In this document: positions 1 through 6,574 of the stretch, in pieces | Layout of the letters: each line of letters opens with the position of its first letter | How positions within the stretch are numbered: the first letter of the stretch is position 1 | NCBI GenBank assembly: GCA_903908785.1 | Contig: CAIVTL010000054.1 | Location: 1 to 33,427 of the forward strand | Direction of reading: 5' to 3' | Source: a candidate division WOR-3 bacterium | GTDB lineage: Bacteria > Hydrothermota > Tepidihabitantia > Tepidihabitantales > Tepidihabitantaceae | Length of the DNA stretch: 33,427 nt | Made by a program: the position numbers and the translations under genes | Notes under the pieces: generated by a model | What the model saw: only the letters and a program-made list of their open reading frames with translations | Database searches by the model: none | Told to the model about the DNA's origin: nothing

Positions 1-103
1 CGACCCCTACCCTTGGTTTTCCTGACTCGCGCCCGCTCCGAACCTGCTGATAATACGGACGTTATGCTCTTTTACCGGTCTGCTCTGACCCCACCTTCTT
101 TCA
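1..103. repeat. Left copy of a ~105-nt element repeated in direct orientation at the right window edge (33323-33427)
   Basis: Hand alignment of 1-103 with 33323-33427. Shared blocks are ctacccttg, ccgctccgaacc, gataatac.gacgttatg, ccggtc and cttctttcaa, at roughly 75-80% identity. The homology is cut by both window edges. Confidence 0.7.
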
Positions 104-409
104 ACGCCATTCCATTCGTAATTCGACCTTCGGACTTCGCACTTTCCCGGCATGCGTCCTCTGCTTCTGTCCGCGGCGCTCGAACGCTGCGTGCGCAAAT
201 GGACCAACCTCGGCCTGGCCCCGGAACTCCTCCAACAGCTTCTCTGTGATTGCCGCCGGAAGTTCCACGCCTGGGGCCAACTCCTGCGCTCGTTCCTCCC
301 GTTGACCTCGGGTCCCCGTCAGGAATTGTTTACTGCGGAGCCTGTCTGGAAACTCGGGTTCGGCCTTTCTGAACCACAACTGGCTGGGCGTCGCTGGTTC
401 GCTGGACAC
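101..409 (-). CDS. Hypothetical small protein (102 aa), weakly supported
   Basis: GTG-initiated ORF rich in E/K/R/Q. The overlapping + strand ORF (152-421) is L/C/W-rich, as expected for an antisense shadow. There is no SD and no recognisable motif. Its stop codon lies inside the window-edge repeat. Confidence 0.25.
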   Translation of the reverse strand: MSSEPATPSQLWFRKAEPEFPDRLRSKQFLTGTRGQREERAQELAPGVELPAAITEKLLEEFRGQAEVGPFAHAAFERRGQKQRTHAGKVRSPKVELRMEWR

Positions 410-483
410 GACATAAGGTAGTGCATGAGTGCTGCAACCTGGTTTTCAGACAAGCTCTGCGTCCCCGGAATTGCGGTGCGCTC

Positions 484-499
484 TGGCACGGAAGCTGCC
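484..499 (+). promoter_or_regulatory. Candidate sigma54 -24/-12 promoter (TGGCACG-gaag-CTGC)
   Basis: GG at 485-486 and GC at 497-498 have the canonical 12-nt offset, and TGGCACG matches the -24 consensus. The site lies about 80 nt upstream of the ATG at 576. Confidence 0.4.
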
Positions 500-575
500 A
501 CATACACGGCAAAGCCGGGGCAGTGTCCGACATAGAATCCCTATATTAGCCATGACATCGACAAAGGAGAAAGTG

Positions 576-1208
576 ATGAGTGTACGGAGACCGGTCAGGA
601 GATTGTTGCTTGTCGTTCTCGGCATCGTCGCGGTCGCGGGCCTCGGCCTCGCGCAGCAGCCGATGATGTCCGCGTCCGAAGCAAAACTGCGGATGGCGAT
701 GCGCGACGCCTGGGACGCCCACGCGAGGTGGACCCGGGCGTACATCGTCAGCTCGCTCGCCGGTCTGCCCGACTTCACCCGCGCGAACAGCCGCCTGCTC
801 GAGAACGCCGACGAAGTTGCGGGCGCGCTGAAGCCGTACTATCAGGACCCCGTCGTGTGGCCCCTGATAAGCCTGCTCAAACGCCACGTCCTTCTGACCG
901 GCGCGGTGGTCACCGCGGCCCGGGACGGCGACTCGCTGCGAATCTCCACCGCGCGTGCTGACTGGTCGGCTGGCTCGGACTCGCTTCTGCAATTCCTCGC
1001 CCGAACCAACTCGAACTGGGGCGACGGCAGGCTCGGCGCAGTGCTCCAGCGGTACCAGGACCAGACCTGGCGGCAAATCGCCGCGCGGACGCGACACGAT
1101 TGGATGGCCGACGTGGCCGCCTGCGACCAGGCTAACATGGAAGCGCAGGGCATCGCCGACGCGCTCAGCGCCGGCATCGTCAAACAGTTCCCGGACAAGT
1201 TCAAGTAA
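576..1208 (+). CDS. Exported hypothetical protein, predicted helical, with N-terminal signal peptide
   Basis: ATG at 576 follows AAGGAGA (564-570). The N-terminus MSVRRPVRRLLLVVLGIVAVAGLGLAQQ looks like a Sec signal. The longest ORF starts at 429, but its N-terminal extension is Arg-rich and non-protein-like. Confidence 0.75.
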   Translation: MSVRRPVRRLLLVVLGIVAVAGLGLAQQPMMSASEAKLRMAMRDAWDAHARWTRAYIVSSLAGLPDFTRANSRLLENADEVAGALKPYYQDPVVWPLISLLKRHVLLTGAVVTAARDGDSLRISTARADWSAGSDSLLQFLARTNSNWGDGRLGAVLQRYQDQTWRQIAARTRHDWMADVAACDQANMEAQGIADALSAGIVKQFPDKFK

Positions 1209-1310
1209 GGCCGCCGACCGCTCCCGGTCGTTGGGAGGCCCAATCCTTCAGGGGACGCGAGTGCGCCACTGGCGTCTTGGCGCTGGAATCACGCGGTATC
1301 GTAACCCTGC

Positions 1311-1349
1311 GTGTTACACCGAGTCGAAGAGTATCACGGGATGTAACAC
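1311..1349. promoter_or_regulatory. Pair of TGTNACA dyads (GTGTTACA-N23-TGTAACAC), possible enhancer/UAS
   Basis: Perfect 8-bp inverted repeat with half-site centres 30 bp apart. It lies about 65-100 nt upstream of the candidate -24/-12 element at 1413-1429. The same heptamer pair recurs at 8569-8619. Confidence 0.35.
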
Positions 1350-1412
1350 TCCGCCCCCCGACATCCCTGGCCGGCTGACGACACCTGCTTCAGACGCCGC
1401 CTCAACCGAACC

Positions 1413-1429
1413 GCGGCACACATGATGCA
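1413..1429 (+). promoter_or_regulatory. Candidate sigma54 -24/-12 promoter (CGGCACA-catg-ATGCA)
   Basis: GG at 1415-1416 and GC at 1427-1428 are 12 nt apart. The site is about 118 nt upstream of the oxidase ATG. The -24 T is replaced by C, so this is a weaker match. Confidence 0.3.
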
Positions 1430-1546
1430 CCGGAAGGGCTGATGACCGCTGTTCCAGCCATGACTCTTGCGGGAGTGAAACCGCGCGCAGAGGCGCGAAG
1501 GGATGGCGTCAAATCCGAAAGGCCCGAAACAACTCCAGGAGGTCCG

Positions 1547-3514
1547 ATGACCAGTAAGAGTCGTTCGATCTGGGCGATTCTGGCGCTCGTTCTCCTTATG
1601 GGAACCACGGGCGCATTTGCCCAGCAACTGCTTGACCCGACCACGCTGACCAAGTACATTGACCCGCTGCCGCAGCCGGCAATCAGGACGCCGACCGGCA
1701 ACCTTGATGGATACCCGCTGTACGACGTGTATCTCCGCGCGGCAAATCAGAAGATGCACAGCCAGCTTGATTCCACCACCGTCTTCACCTTTGACGGCGG
1801 AACGCCCGCGTCAACGTTCCTCGTGCAGGAAAACCACCCGATTTTTGTCCGCTATCACAACGACCTGCCATACCATCACATGCTGGCAGTGGATACAACT
1901 ATCCACATCATGGCCGGCATGGGCTGGGGCGATAAGTCCCGTTTCGTGGCCCACCTCCACGGCGGCGACGTCCCGTCGGCCTTTGACGGCTGGTGCATGA
2001 ACACAATCGACCCGGGTCAGCAGACGACCTACTGGTACCCAAATAGCCAGCAGGCAGCTACCCTTTGGTACCACGACCATTCGTGCGGTATCACCCGTCT
2101 CAACGCCTATGCCGGGATTGCCGGTTTCTACCTCATCATCGACCCGTACGAGCGCAGCCTGAACATGCCGGCCGGCGCGTACGAACTCGGTATCGCGGTC
2201 CAGGACCGTCAGTTCTACCAGAACGGGCAGCTCTTCTACCCGGCGCTGTGGGTCCCCGAGTTCTTCGGCGACGTCTCGCTCGTCAACGGTGTCATCTGGC
2301 CCAAGCTCGAAGTCGAACCGCGCAAGTACCGCATCCACATGCTGAATGGCTGCGACGACCGCTACCTCAGCATGAGACTCCTCCAGAGCGACTCGCTGGG
2401 CACCGTCGCTCCGGATTCGGCCGGCGGCCCGGCGTTCTACATGGTCGGCACCGAGCAGGGACTCGTGTCCAACACGGTCGTGCTCAACAATCCATTCTCC
2501 CGAGTGACCGACCCCAACTCGCCCCGGCTGCTTCTCGGCCCCGGCGACCGGCGCGACCTCATCATCGACTTCGCGGGCAAGCAGGGCCAGTATTTCCTGA
2601 TGCACAACAACGCCAGCGCTCCGTTCAACGGCACCTACCCGCCCAACCCGGAGAACCCGCTGCCTGAGCTCTTCCTCGTCCACGTGAAGGACACGAGCGT
2701 GGTCGACCCGTATACCATTCCGATGCACCCGCGCCAGCAGCCGGTCTACGACACGGCCGCCGCGGTGATAAGCCGTGACATCGTGATGGAAGAAGTCCAC
2801 GACTCGCTGGGCAACCCGATGATGGTGATGCTCAACGGCGAGGGCTTCATGGACCCCTGCAGCGAGTTCCCGATACTCGGGACCACCGAAATCTGGAAGT
2901 ACATCAATACCACCGTGGACATGCACCCGATGCACATGCACCTCGTCAACTTCCAGATTGTCGACAAGACACCGTTCAACGTCGACACCTTCATGCTGAC
3001 CCACCGGGTCGTCTTCACCGGCCCGGCCGAAATGGCGGAGCCGCAGGAAATCGGTCGCCGGGACATGGTCAATTGCCCGCCCGGCTACGTCACGCGCGTC
3101 ATCACCAGCACCTTCAACCGCACCGGCAAATACGTCTACCACTGCCACATTCTCGCGCACGAAGAGAATGACATGATGCGGCCGTTCGAGGTCGTGGATG
3201 GCGGCGGGTCGGACCAGCAGGTCGCGGCCAACCCCTTCGACCTCCAGCTTCGCTCGAACGGGCCGAACCCGTTCCGCTCTCAGACCAAGATCTCGTTCGC
3301 CGTGCCCTACCGGCAGAACGCCCGGCTCAGCGTCTACGACGTCACCGGCCGGGAAATAAAGACACTGGTTGCGGGTGCGGTTGATGCCGGCCCCCGCCAG
3401 TTCGCGTGGGACGGCACCAACGCCCACGGCGCTCATGTCGCCGCCGGCGTGTACATGTACAAGCTGGTGACCGAACTCGGCTCCCGGACCGGAAGACTAA
3501 CCCTGGTCCAGTAG
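1547..3514 (+). CDS. Multicopper oxidase (CotA/bilirubin-oxidase/laccase-like) with T9SS C-terminal sorting domain
   Basis: All four copper motifs are present: HLHGG, WYHDH, HPMHMH and HCHILAHEENDMM. ATG at 1547 follows AGGAGG, and the signal peptide is MTSKSRSIWAILALVLLMGTTGAFAQQ. The C-terminus NPFRSQTKISF...VYDVTGREI...GVYMYKL...RLTLVQ is Por/T9SS CTD-like. Confidence 0.92.
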   Translation: MTSKSRSIWAILALVLLMGTTGAFAQQLLDPTTLTKYIDPLPQPAIRTPTGNLDGYPLYDVYLRAANQKMHSQLDSTTVFTFDGGTPASTFLVQENHPIFVRYHNDLPYHHMLAVDTTIHIMAGMGWGDKSRFVAHLHGGDVPSAFDGWCMNTIDPGQQTTYWYPNSQQAATLWYHDHSCGITRLNAYAGIAGFYLIIDPYERSLNMPAGAYELGIAVQDRQFYQNGQLFYPALWVPEFFGDVSLVNGVIWPKLEVEPRKYRIHMLNGCDDRYLSMRLLQSDSLGTVAPDSAGGPAFYMVGTEQGLVSNTVVLNNPFSRVTDPNSPRLLLGPGDRRDLIIDFAGKQGQYFLMHNNASAPFNGTYPPNPENPLPELFLVHVKDTSVVDPYTIPMHPRQQPVYDTAAAVISRDIVMEEVHDSLGNPMMVMLNGEGFMDPCSEFPILGTTEIWKYINTTVDMHPMHMHLVNFQIVDKTPFNVDTFMLTHRVVFTGPAEMAEPQEIGRRDMVNCPPGYVTRVITSTFNRTGKYVYHCHILAHEENDMMRPFEVVDGGGSDQQVAANPFDLQLRSNGPNPFRSQTKISFAVPYRQNARLSVYDVTGREIKTLVAGAVDAGPRQFAWDGTNAHGAHVAAGVYMYKLVTELGSRTGRLTLVQ

Positions 3515-3530
3515 CACTGCTCAAGCTGAC

Positions 3531-3558
3531 AAAGGGACAGGCTTCGGCCTGTCCCTTT
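3531..3558 (+). terminator. Stem-loop directly after the oxidase stop codon
   Basis: aaagggacaggc-ttcg-gcctgtcccttt forms a perfect 12-bp stem with a UUCG loop, 17 nt after the TAG. There is no clear U-tract. Confidence 0.6.
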
Positions 3559-3639
3559 CCTGTTCGCGCCCGGCATGTCAAACCCGCGCGCCGGGCCGCA
3601 GGCAGACGACTCAAGCGCAAGCTGCCGGGAGTGGGTCTT

Positions 3640-3682
3640 GGGATTTGGAGTTTGGGATTTGGTGTTTCCCGCTTCGAGCGGG
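3640..3682 (+). repeat. Composite module: four GGRNTTT heptamers followed by a CCCGC-loop-GCGGG hairpin (copy 1 of 3)
   Basis: The heptamers are gggattt ggagttt gggattt ggtgttt, followed by cccgc-ttcga-gcggg. The same architecture occurs at 4164-4204 and 31248-31289. Confidence 0.7.
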
Positions 3683-3774
3683 CAATGTGTTTCTCGAAGT
3701 AGAACTCGCTGTTCGTCTGAACGTATGCTGGATTGTGTCGCGACCGGCGTCGGCACGCGCGTCCGCGCCTGAAT

Positions 3775-3935
3775 CTCAACCCCAACCTTAACCTCAACCT
3801 TGTCCTGTACCTCAACCTTAACCTCTTCCTGTTCCAGAAGCCGTTCCAGAAGCCCAATGCGCTGTCGTTCGCGTCAAAGTCCGTCTCAGACCTCGTTCTA
3901 AACCTCAACCTTAACCTTAACCTATTCCTTCCTCG
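3775..3935. repeat. Hexamer tracts (AACCTY / TCAACC) plus a gttccagaagcc direct repeat
   Basis: The tracts read ctcaaccccaaccttaacctcaaccttgtcctgtacctcaaccttaacctc and aacctcaaccttaaccttaacc. The reverse-complement word family (aaggtt/gaggtt) occurs at 27555-27598 inside a CDS. Confidence 0.7.
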
Positions 3936-4163
3936 ATTGCACCCCCCAGGGCGGTCTCCGGTCTGCCACCCCCACGGGAGCATTGTGGTTCCGCGCCGAC
4001 CGGGGTCTACATGTGGTATGTCCTCATGAATGGGAAGAACGCCCCCCGGCCGCCATACTTCACTGCCACGTCGGCATGTTCCATGACACCGCCGAACCGC
4101 TCCTCGCCCGCAAGCCGTCACGTCCACCACTCCAAACCGTAGCCTGTCGACCGCGCGGCGCGC

Positions 4164-4204
4164 GGGCTTTGGGTTCTGGTGCCTGGGATTTTCCCGCCGG
4201 CGGG
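4164..4204 (+). repeat. Composite heptamer + CCCGC hairpin module (copy 2 of 3)
   Basis: The heptamers are gggcttt gggttct ggtgcct gggattt, followed by t-cccgcc/ggcggg. Confidence 0.7.
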
Positions 4205-4320
4205 CGGAGGTCGCGGTTCGTTATGATGAACCGCGTGGGGTGGGCGTCAGGTTGGCTGTCGGGAGCGCCATCGCCCGTACTCTAATAGGTGACTTTGGGG
4301 CTCTTGAAGAAGCCGCCTCT

Positions 4321-4420
4321 TGTCATTCTGAGCGCAGCGAAGAATCTTCGCGATGATGATACTACGAGAGTTAGAAGACCACACTTCGTTCAGAGCTTGC
4401 CCTGAGCTTGCCGAAGGGGT
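4321..4420. other. Locally lower-GC segment with two similar hairpins (loops GAGCnnnnCGA)
   Basis: The hairpins are ATTCT-gagcgcagcga-AGAAT (4325-4345) and CCCT-gagcttgccga-AGGG (4400-4418). The 70-aa ORF over it (4247-4459, minus) looks like a translation artefact of this element. Confidence 0.4.
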
Positions 4421-4474
4421 GACATGAATGGGTTTTTCAACAGCCCCACTGTCCCTCATTCCCCAAGGGAGTTG

Positions 4475-4504
4475 CGAATGGCGAACGGCGAGAGACGAAT
4501 GGCG
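4475..4504. repeat. Heptamer repeat CGAAYGG x4
   Basis: The units are cgaatgg cgaacgg cgagaga cgaatgg, just downstream of the regulator gene stop codon. Confidence 0.6.
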
Positions 4505-4539
4505 TGGCCAAGAGACTCGGGCAGGCTGCGGACGGCGGC

Positions 4540-5997
4540 TTATTCCGACCGCTCGGGACGGGTGATGCCGTGTTTGCGCATCAGTCGGTAGATGTGGACG
4601 CGGCTGTAACCGGCCAGCTTGGCGGCCTCAGTCGCATTCCAGTTCGCCTTCTCCATGTAGTTGAGGAGAAGCCGTTTCTCGACGTCGCCGCCGATTTCGG
4701 TTTCGACCGACGAACGTGCGTGGCGCAACGGGCCGGCCGGCCCCGGTCGAGCCGCGGGAATGCCCGTCCGGAATTCCTCGGGCAGGTCCTGAAGCCGGAT
4801 GGTGCTTCCTTCCGCTACCACGACGGCGCGCTTGATGACGTGTTCGAGCTCGCGGATATTGCCGGGCCAGTCGTGGGCAAGCAGATGCTGGATGACCTCC
4901 GCGTCCGCCCCGGCCAGCGCCCGCTCGAATTCGAGGTTGAACTTCCGGATGAAGTAGCTCGTGAACTCGCGGATGTCGTCGGTCCGGCCGCGGAGCGGCG
5001 GCAGCACGAGTTCCACGGCGTTGAGGCGGTAGTAGAGGCCTTTGCGGAATACGCCCTCCGCGATTCGCCGGTGCAGGTCCTGGTTTGTTGCCGCGACAAC
5101 GCGGACGTCTACCTTGGTCGCGGAATGGCTGCCGACCTGTTCCACCAGGCTGTCCTGCAGGACGCGGAGCAGTTTCGCCTGCAGGGCCGGGCTCATGTCC
5201 CCGATTTCGTCCAGGAACAGGGTCCCGCCGTCGGCCGCCTCGAACTTGCCCTTGCGTTCGGTCACGCCGGTGGCGATTCCCTTGCGGATGCCGAAGAGCT
5301 CGGCCTCAAGCAGGGTTTCCGGCACCGCGGCGCAGTTGACGACGATGAACGGCAGCGCGCTCCGGCGGCCGGAATCGTGGAGCGCCCGGGCTACCAGTTC
5401 CTTGCCGGTGCCGCTCTCGCCCCGTATCAGGACCGGCACGTTGGTGTCCGCGACCTTCCGAACCACGCCGAGGTTCGCAAGCATCTGCGGGCTGCAACTG
5501 ACCATTCCGTCGTAAACCAGGCCCGGCAGTTGCCTCTCGCGACCGGTGGAAAGGACCAGTTCGGTCATTTCCCGCCCGCGCTCCCGGATGTCGGCAATCG
5601 TCCGTTCGGCGCGCTTGCGTTCAAGCGCATAGCGGATTCGGCGCGCGAGCGTGGCGCCGTTGACCGAGCCTTTGACCAGGAAGTCTTGCGCGCCCGCGGC
5701 CACCGCTTGGATACCGACCTGCCCATCCGATGAACCGGTGAGTACAACGACCGGAATCCACGGCACTGCGGCGTGCAGTTCGTAGAACGTGTCCAGGCCG
5801 GAGCTGTCCGGCAGTCCAAGGTCGAGGAGAATGACGTCATACCCGCCTCCGGCCAGGAGAGCCAGCCCGCTCGACAGTCGCTCGGCGTGCTGCAAATCGA
5901 ACCTCACGTCGCTGCTTGAATCGAGCATTTCCCGGACGAGGTCGGCATCGCCCGGATTGTCTTCGACCAGCAGCAAGTGGACGGAGAACTCAGGCAA
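4540..5997 (-). CDS. NtrC-family response regulator: REC + AAA+ sigma54-interaction domain + Fis-type HTH, with atypical GAFTGA loop
   Basis: The REC domain shows LLLVEDNPGD...DVILLDLGLPD. Walker A is GESGTGKE and Walker B is GGTLFLDEIGD; WPGNIRELEHVI is also present. The C-terminal HTH reads NATEAAKLAGYSRVHIYRLMRKHGI. TTG start at 5997 follows GGAGAA and overlaps the upstream stop by 8 nt. The GAFTGA position reads GIATGV. Confidence 0.9.
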   Translation of the reverse strand: MPEFSVHLLLVEDNPGDADLVREMLDSSSDVRFDLQHAERLSSGLALLAGGGYDVILLDLGLPDSSGLDTFYELHAAVPWIPVVVLTGSSDGQVGIQAVAAGAQDFLVKGSVNGATLARRIRYALERKRAERTIADIRERGREMTELVLSTGRERQLPGLVYDGMVSCSPQMLANLGVVRKVADTNVPVLIRGESGTGKELVARALHDSGRRSALPFIVVNCAAVPETLLEAELFGIRKGIATGVTERKGKFEAADGGTLFLDEIGDMSPALQAKLLRVLQDSLVEQVGSHSATKVDVRVVAATNQDLHRRIAEGVFRKGLYYRLNAVELVLPPLRGRTDDIREFTSYFIRKFNLEFERALAGADAEVIQHLLAHDWPGNIRELEHVIKRAVVVAEGSTIRLQDLPEEFRTGIPAARPGPAGPLRHARSSVETEIGGDVEKRLLLNYMEKANWNATEAAKLAGYSRVHIYRLMRKHGITRPERSE

Positions 5998-6454
5998 GGA
6001 GTTCTCCGCCGTTCGTCGGCAGCCGGACGACCGTCAGCCACAGGTCGTCGATGGCCCGGACGACGTTCATGAACTGTTCAATGTCCACCGGCTTGGTGAT
6101 GTAGCAGTTGGCCTGGAGTTGGTAGCAACGGACGATGTCCTCCTCGGACTTTGAGCTGGTCAGGATGACGACCGGGATGTGCTTGAGCTTCGGGTCGCCC
6201 TTCATCTCACTCAGCACTTCGCGGCCGTCCTTCCTGGGCAGGTTCAAGTCCAGCAGGATGAGGTCGGGCATGGGTTCGCCCGCGTGGTCACCCTCGCGGT
6301 GCAGATACGCCATCGCTGCTTCACCGTCCTGCACCCATTTGACGGTGTTCTTCACTTTGCAGTGCTCCAGAAGATCGATGACCAGCTCGGCATCACCCGG
6401 GCTGTCCTCTATCAGCATGATTGAAATCGGATTGACTTGTTGTTCAACCGCCAT
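5990..6454 (-). CDS. Single-domain response regulator (REC only)
   Basis: Motifs are IMLIEDSPGDAELV, DLILLDLNLPRKDG, PVVILTSS and YITKP. ATG at 6454 is preceded by GGGAGGAA. Confidence 0.9.
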   Translation of the reverse strand: MAVEQQVNPISIMLIEDSPGDAELVIDLLEHCKVKNTVKWVQDGEAAMAYLHREGDHAGEPMPDLILLDLNLPRKDGREVLSEMKGDPKLKHIPVVILTSSKSEEDIVRCYQLQANCYITKPVDIEQFMNVVRAIDDLWLTVVRLPTNGGELLA

Positions 6455-6480
6455 GGTTCCTCCCTAGGTTGTAGCGCCCG

Positions 6481-6574
6481 TTCTAACCGCCGATACACGC
6501 CGATTAGCGCCGATGGGCGTATTGGGTGCAGAACTGAATCTGCGTCTATCTGCGTTCATCTGCGGTCCCATCAG
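6481..6574. repeat. 94-nt dispersed element, copy A (3x NNNCGCCGAT decamers + spacer + 3x ATCTGCGNNC decamers)
   Basis: It differs at only 5 of 94 positions from 14372-14465. It overlaps the last 9-10 codons and the stop of the histidine kinase. Confidence 0.9.

Noticed and set aside
1811-3436. 541-aa ORF on the minus strand
   Set aside because: It lies entirely antisense to the well-supported multicopper oxidase. The composition is Arg/Val/Gly/Asp-rich, typical of shadow ORFs in high-GC DNA, and there are no motifs.
3342-4130. 262-aa minus-strand ORF spanning the oxidase 3' end and the repeat-rich gap
   Set aside because: It is extremely Arg-rich (runs of RLRLRF from the hexamer tracts) and crosses the terminator hairpin and the end of the oxidase gene. 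It has no start context.
4247-4459. 70-aa minus-strand ORF (…AKILRCAQNDKRRLL…)
   Set aside because: It is a translation of the twin-hairpin lower-GC element. There is no start context, and similar peptide strings are, to my recollection, common artefacts.
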